A stretch of DNA of 64,000 bases from an uncultured Candidatus Saccharibacteria bacterium (lineage in GTDB: Bacteria > Patescibacteriota > Minisyncoccia > Phycocordibacterales > Zambryskibacteraceae), in contig CAZOQP010000002.1 in NCBI GenBank assembly GCA_964582295.1, positions 82,268-146,267 on the forward strand, in the 5' to 3' direction. The notes under the pieces are model-generated. The model saw only the letters and a program-made list of their open reading frames with translations. It ran no database searches and was not told the DNA's origin. This document shows positions 1 through 9,821 of the stretch, piece after piece. The position numbers and the translations under genes were made by a program. Within the stretch, counting starts at the first letter, position 1, and each line of letters begins with the position of its first letter.

Positions 1-668
1 TTTGAATCTGTAGCTATGCTCATAACGGCTTTTTCTATCTCTGCATCCTCTGCAAAAAGCGGAATGACATTGTTGTAGCTTTTACTCATCTTTCGCCCGT
101 CAGTGCCGATAATAGTCTCTACTGATTCAATAATGAGAGGTTCCGGCCGTACGAAAGTATCTCCCCAGGTGCGGTTGAATTTATCAGCAGTATCTTGCGC
201 GATCTCCAAATGCTGTTTCTGGTCCTGCCCCACAGGCACCACGTTGGCATCATGAACTAAGATATCTGCCGCCATTAGCATTGGGTAGTTAAATGTTCCC
301 ACGTTCACTTCCTTTTTGTTGGCCTCGGCGTCTTTGAAAGCGTGAGCACGTGAAAGATAAGGCACTGTAGTGAGACATTCAAATATCCATGCCAGTTCTG
401 CAACATGAGGCACGTCTGACTGTAGAAAAATAGTGGCCTTTGATGGGTCAAGACCTACCGCGAGATAATCAAGGACGATCTCCTGTGATTGGGTTTTAAG
501 CTTCTTAGCATCGTGTACGGATGTGAGAGCATGCATATTCGCCACGAAAAGACGGCATTCGTATTCGTTCTGCAGGTCCACGAACTGCTTGAGAGCGCCG
601 AAATAATTGCCTATATGTAGCGTTCCGGTCGGCTGGACACCTGAAACCAATATCTTTTCGCTTGCCAT
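1..668 (-). CDS. trpS: tryptophanyl-tRNA synthetase, N-terminal ~220 aa (gene continues past window start)
   Basis: Reverse translation from ATG at ~668 gives MASEKILVSGVQPTGTLHIGNYFGALKQF... with HIGN (HIGH-type) and KMSKS motifs, typical class I TrpRS. Absent from ORF track because it is truncated by the window edge. Confidence 0.8.
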   Translation of the reverse strand, partial: MASEKILVSGVQPTGTLHIGNYFGALKQFVDLQNEYECRLFVANMHALTSVHDAKKLKTQSQEIVLDYLAVGLDPSKATIFLQSDVPHVAELAWIFECLTTVPYLSRAHAFKDAEANKKEVNVGTFNYPMLMAADILVHDANVVPVGQDQKQHLEIAQDTADKFNRTWGDTFVRPEPLIIESVETIIGTDGRKMSKSYNNVIPLFAEDAEIEKAVMSIATDS

Positions 669-731
669 ATCAGGCGATTATATCAAAAAGCCTGAAATAT
701 GGGCGTTTTTTATACATATCCACGATTTCGC

Positions 732-760
732 TTGACAAAATTAAATAATGGGTGTATATT
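732..760 (+). promoter_or_regulatory. sigma70-like promoter TTGACA-17nt-TATATT
   Basis: ttgaca at ~732-737, 17-nt spacer, tatatt at ~755-760. An AGGAGG RBS lies 5 nt before the ATG at 800. Confidence 0.5.
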
Positions 761-799
761 GTAAGTAGAAGTCAAGTACCCCCAACCACAGGAGGCCTT

Positions 800-1225
800 A
801 TGGCCAGATACAGCTTCAGAAAATACATCATCATGGCTCCGGTCGTGATGTTGGTGATCATGGGAAGTGCTTCGCTCTTTGCGAATGCACTCGCCCCCGC
901 CAGTGCCCCAATCGGGAGAAACTTCGCCGGCGAATTCGCTGGGTTTCAGCGGATGACAGCGACCGCGGATTCACTCGCGGACCCGAAAAGGACGCTCGCT
1001 CTCACTCACAATGACTGCCGGCAGCTAGCCGCCTATTTTTGGAATGCGGGACACACCGCGTCCGAAATGTACGGAGCCGATGCTCCGACCACACGCAATG
1101 TTGTGCGTGCTGTGTATATCTCATCGGCACGCGGTATCGTGCGATGTAGCAAAGATGCCAAGCTCGCACGAAGTGTGTACGCCGAAGATTTGCGAAAGGC
1201 AAAAGAAGCACTCGTTATTTTCTGA
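800..1225 (+). CDS. hypothetical secreted/membrane-anchored protein (N-terminal hydrophobic segment)
   Basis: ORF track 752..1225 uses a GTG start. The ATG at 800 is preceded by AGGAGG and the promoter above. N-terminus MARYSFRKYIIMAPVVMLVIMGSASLFANALAPA looks like a signal peptide or TM helix. Confidence 0.5.
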   Translation: MARYSFRKYIIMAPVVMLVIMGSASLFANALAPASAPIGRNFAGEFAGFQRMTATADSLADPKRTLALTHNDCRQLAAYFWNAGHTASEMYGADAPTTRNVVRAVYISSARGIVRCSKDAKLARSVYAEDLRKAKEALVIF

Positions 1226-1244
1226 AAGCCCTTGAAGCACGTTG

Positions 1245-1290
1245 CAAGCCCTACCGGAAACGGTGGGGCTTGTTTTCTTTTGTTTAAATG
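1245..1290 (+). terminator. putative rho-independent terminator
   Basis: Hairpin aagcccTACCGGAAACGGTggggctt followed by gttttcttttgttt. Confidence 0.4.
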
Positions 1291-1333
1291 TTTATAAATA
1301 GGAAAGATAGACCCTTTCAAACAGGAGATACTA

Positions 1334-2014
1334 GTGGTAAATCTCGGTGAAATAGTTCTCCCAAGACCATTCTTGGTCTCAGTTGACGGTACGTCCGTTT
1401 CAGGAAAAGGTACTCTGGCTAAGGGTATCGCGGCTCATCTCGATCTTCGGCATTTAGATTCAGGTTCTCTTTACAGGGCAACCACTTTTCTAATGCTCAA
1501 AGCCGGACGTAGGCTCAATAATACCTACTGGGCTATCAGGGCAGCACGTGAAGTCACTCCGGACATACTTGGATTGTCTGAACTGCGCTCCCAGGAAGTT
1601 TCTCGTGCTACTCCTGAAATTGCCTCCATACCCGAAGTACGAATGATCGTAACGGAGCGCCAAAAGGCTATAGCCCGGATGTCATCAAAAGGCGTCGTCA
1701 TTGATGGCCGGGCGACTGCAACAGAAGTAATTCCGCACGCAAATGTGAAATTTTTCGTGGATGCGGATGTCGGAGTTCGTGCACGTCGACTCTTTGTGGA
1801 CATGGTAAAGAAGACCGAAAATGCGTCTTTCAATGACATCCTTCTGGAGCTTGAGAAGCGCGACCATACTGACAGCACTCGCTCTCACTATCGGTTAGCA
1901 AAAACGGAAGATATGTACGAGATAGACACCACCCACCTCTCCATAGAAGAAACGTTGGAGATAGCAGTGCAGCACATTGTCTCCAATGTCCAAAACAGCT
2001 CAACCACCGGTTGA
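1334..2014 (+). CDS. cmk: cytidylate kinase
   Basis: VSVDGTSVSGKGTLAKGIAAHLDLRHLDSGSLYRA matches the CMK P-loop and the LDSGxxYR motif. A GTG start is preceded by an aggaga RBS. Confidence 0.8.
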   Translation: MVNLGEIVLPRPFLVSVDGTSVSGKGTLAKGIAAHLDLRHLDSGSLYRATTFLMLKAGRRLNNTYWAIRAAREVTPDILGLSELRSQEVSRATPEIASIPEVRMIVTERQKAIARMSSKGVVIDGRATATEVIPHANVKFFVDADVGVRARRLFVDMVKKTENASFNDILLELEKRDHTDSTRSHYRLAKTEDMYEIDTTHLSIEETLEIAVQHIVSNVQNSSTTG

Positions 2015-2025
2015 GCTGTTTGTTT

Positions 2026-3108
2026 TTATAATCCTTCCTTACGTAGTTCCTCTATTTTTTTCCTTGAGTCTTTTGAAAGTTTCTTTGGCATCTCTATTTT
2101 CACGGTAAGAAAAATGTCTCCCCTTCTGCCTTTTGGCTGAAGAACCCCGCGCTCTTTTATGCGAATAATGTCGCCGAATTTTACACCTTCAGGAATGACA
2201 ACCCGCGCCGGGCCATCCAAAGTTTCTACATTCATTTCCCCGCCCAAAAGCGCATCCGAAAGTTTTACCGGGAGCTCACCTGAAAGATTCACTCCATTTT
2301 TTCTGAAACGAGGGTGGGTGTCTACTCGTACTCCTACATAAAGATCACCTGTCTCTCCGTCCCTCACAGCTTCGCCCATGCGTGCCATTCTCAAAACCTC
2401 TCCGTCGTCAATTCCTGCAGGAACACGCACGTTTATTTCCTCGTCACGACTCACCACTCCCCTGCCATGGCAAAGAGTGCATGGTTTTTCAGGAACAGTT
2501 CCCTTTCCTCCACAAACAGTGCAGTTTTTTTCTGTTGCAATAGAACCCAAAATAGTTCGGCGAACTTCTTTTACGGAACCTTTACCTTTACAGGTGGAAC
2601 AAGTAGATGTTGCGGAGCCCGGCTCTGCAGCACTACCCTTGCATCTGTCGCAGGTCACATAGTGACGGATACGAACACGCCTCTCTGTTCCGAAAACAGA
2701 TTCCTCAAAAGGTATTCGCATTTCCACGTGAATGTCCGCTCCGCGATTCCTGCCGCGTCCGCCGGAACGGCCGCCGAAGAATTCCCCGAAAATGTCTCCT
2801 ATATCAAATTCAAAACCGCCCTGGCCGAATTGAGAATTAAACTGTTCAGAGAACTGACTGAAATCAAAACCTTGGGCTCCGTTCCATCCTCCGAATGCAC
2901 CTGAACCAAGAGAATCGTATTGAGCGCGCTTGTTGTCGTCTGATAGCACCGAATACGCTTCGTTCACTTCCTTGAATTTATCCACATTGCCGCCCTTTTT
3001 GTCCGGATGATATTCATGTGCCAGTTTCCTGAACGCTTTTTTTATTTCGTCTTTGGTGGCGCTTTTAGTAATCCCTAATATTTGGTAGTAATCTTTTTTT
3101 GGCATCAA
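2026..3108 (-). CDS. dnaJ: chaperone DnaJ
   Basis: J domain DYYQILGI...HPDK, a G/F-rich linker, and four CxxCxGxG zinc-finger repeats. Confidence 0.95.
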   Translation of the reverse strand: MMPKKDYYQILGITKSATKDEIKKAFRKLAHEYHPDKKGGNVDKFKEVNEAYSVLSDDNKRAQYDSLGSGAFGGWNGAQGFDFSQFSEQFNSQFGQGGFEFDIGDIFGEFFGGRSGGRGRNRGADIHVEMRIPFEESVFGTERRVRIRHYVTCDRCKGSAAEPGSATSTCSTCKGKGSVKEVRRTILGSIATEKNCTVCGGKGTVPEKPCTLCHGRGVVSRDEEINVRVPAGIDDGEVLRMARMGEAVRDGETGDLYVGVRVDTHPRFRKNGVNLSGELPVKLSDALLGGEMNVETLDGPARVVIPEGVKFGDIIRIKERGVLQPKGRRGDIFLTVKIEMPKKLSKDSRKKIEELRKEGL

Positions 3109-4974
3109 TTATTGTGTAGCACCTTCTCCGCCAGCCGCGCCTTCACTTGGAGGAGTTTGCGGATTCTGACCACTTTGATTTTGCATTGCTTGGCCAACTT
3201 TTGAAAGCTCATCAGAAAGCTCCTGCGTTGCTTTTTTAATAGCGTCAAGGGTGCCTGTGTCCTTAAGGCCCCGTAGAGCCGTAATTTTGGCCTCTACTGA
3301 TGATTTTAGCTCGGAGGGCACTTTACCCCCTGCATCCTTCAGTGATTTTTCTGAAGTATAGATGAGCTGCTCTGCGAGATTGCGCGCCTCCGCAATGTCT
3401 TTTTTCTGGGCATCCTCGGCTGCATGTGCTTCTGCATCTTTTTTCATTTTCTCTATCTCTTCTTTTGAGAGACCCGACGATGCTTCAATACGGATGGACT
3501 GCTCTTTGTTCGTAGATTTATCTTTGGCTTTTACATTGAGTATTCCGTTTGCGTCAATATCAAATGTAACTTCCACCTGCGGCATACCACGAGATGACGG
3601 CGGAATACCATCCAGAATAAATCGCCCAAGGGATTTATTGTCCGATGCCATGGGGCGCTCTCCCTGCACCACGTGTATTTCAACACTCGTCTGATTATCC
3701 GTAGCGGTTGAAAACACCTGCGAGCGCGATGCGGGTACAGTAGTGTTCTTTTCTATGAGTTTCGTTGCAACTCCCCCCATAGTCTCAATACCAAATGAAA
3801 GCGGAATGACATCAAGAAGAAGGATATCCTTCACTTCGCCTGAAATGACACCGCCCTGAACAGCTGCACCAAGTGCTACTACTTCATCTGGGTTGATGGT
3901 TTTATTGGGCTCCTTGCCGAAGAAATCCTTGACGGCTTTTTCAATGGCAGGCATGCGCGTCTGGCCTCCCACCAAAATAACTTCGTCTATCTCGCCTACC
4001 TTGAAAGGCGACGCTTCCATGGCGCGCTTTGTGATGGTCATGGCTCGCTCCACGAATTCACGCGAGAGCTCTTCCAATGTGGCGCGGCTCATTTTTATAA
4101 GAAGGTGCCGCGGCCCGGAAGAATCAGATGTGAGGAAAGGAATATTAACTTCCGTCTCTGTTGCGGTTGAGAGCTCAATTTTTGCTTTCTCAGCTCCCTC
4201 GTCCAAACGCTGGAGGGCAAGAGCATCTCCGCGCACGTCAATCCCCGATTCCTTTTTGAATTCATCCGCAAGCCAATTGATTATTTTCTGATCAATATCT
4301 TTTCCGCCGAGATGCGAATCCCCGTCTGTTGATTTAACTTCAACCACATCATCTCCCACCTCAAGAATGGAAACATCAAATGTTCCACCTCCGAAATCGA
4401 AGACCGCTATTTTTTCGTTCTTCTTTTTATTGAAGCCGTAAGCAAGAGCAGCTGCAGTAGGCTCGTTTATGATGCGCTTCACATCAAGGCCAGCAATGGC
4501 GCCAGCGTCTTTAGTAGCTTGCCTCTGGGCGTCGTTGAAATATGCCGGTACTGTGATAATGGCTTCTGTTATTTTTTCTCCGAGCTTGGCCTCAGCGTCC
4601 GCCTTAAGCTTCTGCAATATCATGGCAGATATCTCTTCTGGACGATATTTCTTGTCGGCCATAGTGATAAGCACTCCGCCATTCTCCGATGCTGAAACTT
4701 CAAAAGGCACAATAGCCTTGTCTTTCTGCACAGCCGGGTCATCAAATTTGTGCCCGATAAAACGCTTTATTCCGAAAATAGTGTTCTTTGGATTGGTTAC
4801 CGCCTGGCGTTTAGCCAAAAGACCCACCAGTCTTTCGCCGGTTTTTGATACGGTAACAATGGAAGGGGTCGTGCGTGCACCCTCCGCATTTTCAATTATT
4901 TTAGGAGCTCCAACTTCCATCACCGCAACAGCGGAGTTCGTGGTCCCGAGATCGATGCCGATTATCTTAGTCAT
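3109..4974 (-). CDS. dnaK: chaperone DnaK (Hsp70)
   Basis: [15 protein letters not shown] and [10 protein letters not shown] Hsp70 signatures. Full length at 621 aa. Confidence 0.97.
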   Translation of the reverse strand: MTKIIGIDLGTTNSAVAVMEVGAPKIIENAEGARTTPSIVTVSKTGERLVGLLAKRQAVTNPKNTIFGIKRFIGHKFDDPAVQKDKAIVPFEVSASENGGVLITMADKKYRPEEISAMILQKLKADAEAKLGEKITEAIITVPAYFNDAQRQATKDAGAIAGLDVKRIINEPTAAALAYGFNKKKNEKIAVFDFGGGTFDVSILEVGDDVVEVKSTDGDSHLGGKDIDQKIINWLADEFKKESGIDVRGDALALQRLDEGAEKAKIELSTATETEVNIPFLTSDSSGPRHLLIKMSRATLEELSREFVERAMTITKRAMEASPFKVGEIDEVILVGGQTRMPAIEKAVKDFFGKEPNKTINPDEVVALGAAVQGGVISGEVKDILLLDVIPLSFGIETMGGVATKLIEKNTTVPASRSQVFSTATDNQTSVEIHVVQGERPMASDNKSLGRFILDGIPPSSRGMPQVEVTFDIDANGILNVKAKDKSTNKEQSIRIEASSGLSKEEIEKMKKDAEAHAAEDAQKKDIAEARNLAEQLIYTSEKSLKDAGGKVPSELKSSVEAKITALRGLKDTGTLDAIKKATQELSDELSKVGQAMQNQSGQNPQTPPSEGAAGGEGATQ

Positions 4975-5494
4975 TGTTTTGTCCTATTTTTACCTTAGCG
5001 GGTCTGATAATTTTCCCCGATAGTATATAACCTTTCTGCACAACTTCAAGAACTTTGTGGTCCTCCTCTTTCTTATTTGTCGGAACTACTCCCACAGCTT
5101 CATGGAACTTGGGATCGAAAACTTCTCCAGCCGGATTCGACTCTTCCAAGCCATTTTGATTCAGAACTTTTATAAATTGATTGCATACAGGTTCAATCCC
5201 TTTCTCTCCGTGCGCGAGGGCGAGATTAAAGCTATCCAAAACCGGTATCAATTCACTTATTAACTTCTCATTTACAAACTTAGTAAACTCAACTTTGGCT
5301 TCCTCATCCCGCTTCCTCATATTCACGAAATCTGCCTGGGCTCTTTGCCAGGAATCTAGATATTCTTTAGCTTTCGCTTCTGCCGCCTTTAATTTTTCTT
5401 TCAGTCGCGCCGTTTGGGAAAGTGTATTCCCTTCCCCATCTTCCGGCACGAACTCCTCCACATCTATTTCTTCTTCTTTATCAGGATCTTTCAT
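4967..5494 (-). CDS. grpE: nucleotide exchange factor GrpE
   Basis: ADFVNMRKR...LDSFNLAL GrpE core, in a grpE-dnaK-dnaJ gene order. Confidence 0.9.
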   Translation of the reverse strand: MKDPDKEEEIDVEEFVPEDGEGNTLSQTARLKEKLKAAEAKAKEYLDSWQRAQADFVNMRKRDEEAKVEFTKFVNEKLISELIPVLDSFNLALAHGEKGIEPVCNQFIKVLNQNGLEESNPAGEVFDPKFHEAVGVVPTNKKEEDHKVLEVVQKGYILSGKIIRPAKVKIGQNND

Positions 5495-5552
5495 GGCGAT
5501 ATTCTATTCATCTAAATTACATTACACAAGCTATATTTTCATCAGATTTATT

Positions 5553-5627
5553 TAGAGCGAGAAAATCATGCTAAAAGAGACTAAGACTTGGGCAAGTGCC
5601 CCGGAGCGGTCTCTTTTAGTATGATTT
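5553..5627. repeat. conserved 65-nt hairpin element, copy 1 (19-bp stem, conserved 27-nt loop, conserved agagcgag flank)
   Basis: Stem is aaatcatgctaaaagagac / gtctcttttagtatgattt around loop taagacttgggcaagtgccccggagcg. The same architecture with a near-identical loop occurs at 60106..60180. It ends ~10 nt downstream of the rpsI stop. Confidence 0.6.
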
Positions 5628-5637
5628 TTAAGGGACT

Positions 5638-6060
5638 TTATCGTTTACTCCACTGCGGCGCCTTTCTTGCTTTCTTCAAACCGAACTTACGGCGCTCTTT
5701 CATACGAGGATCACGCTTTAAGTGCCCGCCCTTTTTAACATTTTTACGAAGCTCTGAATCGTAAACTACAAGTGCTCGAGCGATACCATGAGAAACAGCA
5801 TCTGCCTGGGAAGAAATACCCCCGCCTTTAGCCATTACCTCAACTGAAAAGGAATTCTCCATCTGCGCTGTTTTGAGAGGAGACAGAACCTTCGCCCTCA
5901 ATTCTGCGACAGGAAAATATTCTGTGAAAGACTTTTTATTTATAAGTATCGAAAACTCCGAAGCTTTTGTCATGCGCACTCGGGCAATGGAGGTCTTTCT
6001 GCGCCCCACCGCTTCAAAATATTCTGCCTTTTTCTCGGTTTTTTCTTTCTTGGTAGCCAT
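5638..6060 (-). CDS. rpsI: 30S ribosomal protein S9
   Basis: GRRKTSIARVRM and C-terminal KARKAPQWSKR are S9 signatures. Confidence 0.95.
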   Translation of the reverse strand: MATKKEKTEKKAEYFEAVGRRKTSIARVRMTKASEFSILINKKSFTEYFPVAELRAKVLSPLKTAQMENSFSVEVMAKGGGISSQADAVSHGIARALVVYDSELRKNVKKGGHLKRDPRMKERRKFGLKKARKAPQWSKR

Positions 6061-6061
6061 A

Positions 6062-6412
6062 TTATTTCTTTATGATAAGCCGTTTCAATCTCGGTGTACG
6101 AAGCTTGTTTTTCGGAAGCATCCCGTCCACTGCCTTTCTTACTGCCTCACCTACTCCCTTTCTTGCTATCAAGTGAGCCAGAGTTTCTTCTGTAAGACCG
6201 CCCGGGTATTGAGAGTGACTGCGATACATTTTCTCTCTCTTTTTTTTGTCGGAAATTACGAGTGCCGATACATTTTCTATGACAACGGTCGTATCGCCCT
6301 CCTTGTTCGGAGCATAATTTACTGAATTCTTACCCATCAGCACTTTAGCCGCCTCACTTGCGACGCGTCCTAATCTTTTTCCTGCTGCATCAATAGTATA
6401 TGTGTCTTTCAT
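6062..6412 (-). CDS. rplM: 50S ribosomal protein L13
   Basis: MKDTYTIDAAGKRLGRVASEAAKVLMGK is an L13 N-terminus. The ORF track extends 13 codons upstream; the internal Met is the likely start. Confidence 0.9.
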   Translation of the reverse strand: MKDTYTIDAAGKRLGRVASEAAKVLMGKNSVNYAPNKEGDTTVVIENVSALVISDKKKREKMYRSHSQYPGGLTEETLAHLIARKGVGEAVRKAVDGMLPKNKLRTPRLKRLIIKK

Positions 6413-6416
6413 ATTC

Positions 6417-6764
6417 TTATACAAATTCAATGTATGCACGTGCGCTGCCATCTTTCAAACGGCGAACTGTCTTCGTGATGCGCGTATATCCGCCCTTCCT
6501 TTCTCCATATTGAGGGGCTAATTTTTCCACCAGTTTTTTAGCCGGCTTCTCCCCTACCTGGCCGATAAGATACACCCGCGATGCAAGAGTGCCAGTTTTT
6601 GCTCGTGTCACGAGGCGCTCCACATAAGGTTTCATCTCCTTGGCCTTAGCTTCGGATGTCTCTATCCTTCCGTGCACCACAAGAGAACGCGCAAGCCCTT
6701 TCAAAAGCGCCACACGCTGGTTTTTATCACGACCCAATGTTCTTTTTTTCTTGTGATGACGCAT
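6417..6764 (-). CDS. rplQ: 50S ribosomal protein L17
   Basis: MRHHKKKRTLGRDKNQRVALLKGLARSLVVHGRIETS is L17. The start is taken at the internal Met, which avoids overlap with rpoA. Confidence 0.9.
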   Translation of the reverse strand: MRHHKKKRTLGRDKNQRVALLKGLARSLVVHGRIETSEAKAKEMKPYVERLVTRAKTGTLASRVYLIGQVGEKPAKKLVEKLAPQYGERKGGYTRITKTVRRLKDGSARAYIEFV

Positions 6765-6771
6765 TTTACTT

Positions 6772-7734
6772 TTATTCCTTGAGAGTGATGCCGAATTCAC
6801 TCAAAGCTTTTCTGATCTCCTGGATACCTTTAGCTCCGAGCCCGTCCACCTCCAGGAGATCCTTCTCGCGCTTGCGCGAAAGACCTCCTACGGTGCGAAT
6901 ATTGCCCGTTGAAAGAGCATTCAGAGTTCTTGCAGAGAGGCCCATAGTTTCTATGCGCGTCTTCAAAGCGTCGGTATCCGGCTCTTTGGCGTCTGTTGCT
7001 CCAACTGAAGATTTCATGTCTCGCACTGCAAGCGGTTCTTCTTCTTTAAAACCGACGATGGCCTTGAGCTGGTTTATCATTATTTCTATTGATTTCTCCA
7101 ATGCTTCCTTCGGAGTAACTGTGCCGTCAGTCTCAATGAAAAGACGCAAGCGGTTGAAGTCTGTCCTGTCGCCAACGCGCATCTGCTCCACCTCGTAGCT
7201 TGCACGGCGGATGGGTGTGAAGATGGCATCAAGCGCGAGAGCTCCGATGTCCATGCGGGTTTTCTGGATAACCTCGCGTGACATGTATCCGATACCTCTT
7301 TCAAGGGTCATTTCAACATTTATGGATGCTTTGCTGTCAGAAAGTGTGCAGATTATCTGATCGGGAGTGAGAACTTCTACCTGGCCGGGCACTGTTATAT
7401 CTTTCGCAGTGATAACCCCTGCTCCTTTAGAGTTCAAAGTAAGCTTCTGCGGCTCACTTGTTTGCAAACGCATGCGCACACGTTTGAGGTTCAAAAGAAT
7501 GGTCACTACGTCTTCCTTCACACCTGGAATAACGGAGAACTCATGTTCAACGCCTTCTATTTTAACCTGTGTCACGGCAGCGCCTGGAAGTGAGGAGAGA
7601 ATGATGCGGCGGAGAGAGTTCCCGAGAGTGTGTCCGTAGCCGGGATAAAGACCATCTATCTCGTAGACGCCTGAAAAATCCTGCTCTGAGACTATTTTCG
7701 GTTTTGACGGCAATACGATTGACATGTCGTTCAT
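6772..7734 (-). CDS. rpoA: DNA-directed RNA polymerase subunit alpha
   Basis: [24 protein letters not shown] N-terminal domain and a C-terminal alpha-CTD, in rpsD-rpoA-rplQ context. Confidence 0.95.
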   Translation of the reverse strand: [320 protein letters not shown]

Positions 7735-7755
7735 AGTAGTAAGGATAATTTTTAT

Positions 7756-8367
7756 TTAGCGTGAATAATATTCAAGCACCACATCCATATCAAACTGCAT
7801 TTCGGCTTTTGATGCGTCCGGAACACCCGTGACTTTCGCTTCCATTGTTTCAAAATCTGAAGTCAACCATCCAGGCGGGGTGTAGTCCTTAGCGCGTTCC
7901 GCGAGAGTGGCGAACATGGGTGAAGGCCTGCTTTGGAGGCGTACGGAAATAATGTCTCCCACCTTAACGGCATATGAAGGAATAGTGACTTTCTTGCCGT
8001 TCACCGTAACGTGTCCGTGGGAAACTGCCTGGCGGGAAGCAAGGCGGGTGGGGCGGAAGCCTGTTCTGTACACAGTATTGTCCAAGCGCATCTCAAGTTT
8101 TGTAAAAAGGCGGGCTTTGCCTTGAGAGTCTTTCTTTTCAAGAACTTCTTTAACGTATTTAGAAAATTGTTTTTCGGTAAGTGAGTATGTAAATCTGGCT
8201 TTTTGCTTTTCCAAAAGTTGGCGCCCGAACTCTGTCTTAGGTCTCTGCGGTACTTTTCCGTTTCTCTCCTTGCGGGAAAGATTGAGCGCATATTTCTGCG
8301 TCTGTGTTTTCTCAAATATGGGAGCGCCGAGTCGGCGGGCTAATTTGTATTTTGGTCCTGTTATCAT
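7756..8367 (-). CDS. rpsD: 30S ribosomal protein S4
   Basis: MITGPKYKLARRLGAPIF... is S4. Confidence 0.95.
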   Translation of the reverse strand: MITGPKYKLARRLGAPIFEKTQTQKYALNLSRKERNGKVPQRPKTEFGRQLLEKQKARFTYSLTEKQFSKYVKEVLEKKDSQGKARLFTKLEMRLDNTVYRTGFRPTRLASRQAVSHGHVTVNGKKVTIPSYAVKVGDIISVRLQSRPSPMFATLAERAKDYTPPGWLTSDFETMEAKVTGVPDASKAEMQFDMDVVLEYYSR

Positions 8368-8376
8368 GAAATATTT

Positions 8377-8805
8377 TTATACTCTGCGCGGCTTCTTGGG
8401 TTTTGGGCCGTTATGGGGAACCGGAGTCATGTCGCGGATAGTTCCCAAAGCCATGCCTTTGGTGAGGAATCCGCGGATAGAAGATTCACGGCCGGAACCA
8501 ACCCCCTTCACTATCACGTCCACTTTCTTGACGCCGATGGTCGCGGCTTTCTGGGCCAAGGTCTCCCCCACTTTTGCGGCAGCGAAGGGTGTGCCCTTCT
8601 TTGCCCCACGAAAACCTAAGGAACCGCTTGACGACCAGGCCAGTGTGTTTCCTTTTGTGTCTGTCAGGGTCAGTTTGGTGTTATTGTAGGTAGATTCCAC
8701 GCACAAAATACCGGCCTCCACCCGCTTTTTAGAGGACGAGACGGGTGCCTGCGATGCTCCCTCCCCCTCGGTGCTTTCTGTCTTTACAATCCTTTTCTTA
8801 CCCAT
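8377..8805 (-). CDS. rpsK: 30S ribosomal protein S11
   Basis: LTDTKGNTLAWSSSGSLGFRGAKKGTPFAAA is S11. Confidence 0.95.
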   Translation of the reverse strand: MGKKRIVKTESTEGEGASQAPVSSSKKRVEAGILCVESTYNNTKLTLTDTKGNTLAWSSSGSLGFRGAKKGTPFAAAKVGETLAQKAATIGVKKVDVIVKGVGSGRESSIRGFLTKGMALGTIRDMTPVPHNGPKPKKPRRV

Positions 8806-8845
8806 AACTCAATCGTTTGCTTTCATTTCTAAACGTGAAGAATAC

Positions 8846-8874
8846 ATTATATAGAAGCCATTTTAACCTGTCAA
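8846..8874 (-). promoter_or_regulatory. consensus sigma70-like promoter (TTGACA-17-TATAAT) inside the r-protein operon, upstream of rpsK
   Basis: Minus strand reads ttgacaggttaaaatggcttctatataat. This is an exact -35/-10 consensus with a 17-nt spacer, in the unusually long 200-bp rpsM-rpsK gap. Confidence 0.45.
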
Positions 8875-9007
8875 ACTTTCTCCCCTTCTAACCTTTATAG
8901 CGAGGGGTGTTTCCTGAAAATGCCTTGGGAGGAGCGGCCGGCGACGGACGGAGAAAATTTTCAGCAGAAAATTTTCGTGAATTTTCAGGGAATACCCTGA
9001 GCTTCCT

Positions 9008-9388
9008 TTATTTTTTCTCAACCGCCCTTCTTCCGGTTCCCATTGTCTTTCGTACGTTTCCACGACGGGTTCGGGAATTGGTTTTAGTCCTCTGCCCTCT
9101 CACAGGAAGACTGCGAGCATGCCTCAATCCGCGATAGGCCTTTATATCCTTCAAACGCTTCACATTTCCTGCGATCTGGCGTTTCAAATCCCCTTCCAAA
9201 GTGAAGGCTTCAACAAGACCGCGGATAGTGTTCTCGTCCGCCACAGAAAGTGATTTCGGACGGGCACTGAATTCCACCTTGGCCTTCTTCAATATTTCAT
9301 GGGCACGTGAACGGCCGATGCCGTAAACAGCGGTGAGGCCTATTTCCAGGCGCTTCTCTTCGGGAATGGTTATACCTAAAATTCTCAT
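9008..9388 (-). CDS. rpsM: 30S ribosomal protein S13
   Basis: MRILGITIPEEKRLEIGLTAVYGIG is S13. Confidence 0.95.
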   Translation of the reverse strand: MRILGITIPEEKRLEIGLTAVYGIGRSRAHEILKKAKVEFSARPKSLSVADENTIRGLVEAFTLEGDLKRQIAGNVKRLKDIKAYRGLRHARSLPVRGQRTKTNSRTRRGNVRKTMGTGRRAVEKK

Positions 9389-9391
9389 ATT

Positions 9392-9508
9392 TTATCCCTG
9401 CCTCTGCTTGTGGCGGGCGTTTGCTTTGCAGATAACATACACCACCCCTCGGCGGCGTACCACTTGGCACTTATCGCACATTTTTTTGACTGACGATTTT
9501 ACTTTCAT
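9392..9508 (-). CDS. rpmJ: 50S ribosomal protein L36 (38 aa; not in ORF track)
   Basis: Reverse translation gives [38 protein letters not shown]. This is the L36 C4 zinc-ribbon pattern, lying between infA and rpsM as expected. Confidence 0.85.
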   Translation of the reverse strand: MKVKSSVKKMCDKCQVVRRRGVVYVICKANARHKQRQG

Positions 9509-9581
9509 GATAAATCCTATGCAGGCAGCAATTCTAAACCGACATTCAATAACTGTCAAACCAGAAGCTCCTGTGGCTGTC

Positions 9582-9806
9582 TTATAGTCTTTTAACTATT
9601 CTCCCCTTTCCGCCGTATTCGTCCTTTTCTATTTCCACCTTGTCTCCTACCAGAACCCGAATGCGGTTGAGGCGCATTTTCCCCGAAAGAAAAGTGAGCA
9701 TCTCGCTTTCATTGCCTTCCTGGTCCTTTATGATCACTTTGAACATGGTGTTGGGAAGAGCTTCCACAACAGTGCCTACGACTTTCTCTTTTTGCTGGTG
9801 CGCCAT
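9582..9806 (-). CDS. infA: translation initiation factor IF-1
   Basis: [14 protein letters not shown]...[16 protein letters not shown] is the IF-1 S1-like fold signature. Confidence 0.9.
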   Translation of the reverse strand: MAHQQKEKVVGTVVEALPNTMFKVIIKDQEGNESEMLTFLSGKMRLNRIRVLVGDKVEIEKDEYGGKGRIVKRL

Positions 9807-9821
9807 TATTATTTGTTATTC

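Noticed and set aside
752-799. Upstream GTG-initiated extension of the first plus-strand ORF (track start 752).
   Set aside because: The extension overlaps the -10 element of the predicted promoter, and the ATG at 800 has a perfect AGGAGG RBS. The 800 start is preferred.
2159-2904. Plus-strand ORFs (2159..2341, 2314..2904, 2378..2662, 2607..2840) antisense to dnaJ. Similar antisense ORFs occur inside dnaK, leuS, copA, uvrA and uvrB.
   Set aside because: They are shadow ORFs inside strongly supported genes on the opposite strand. They have low-complexity, Ser/Arg/Cys-rich compositions and no motifs.
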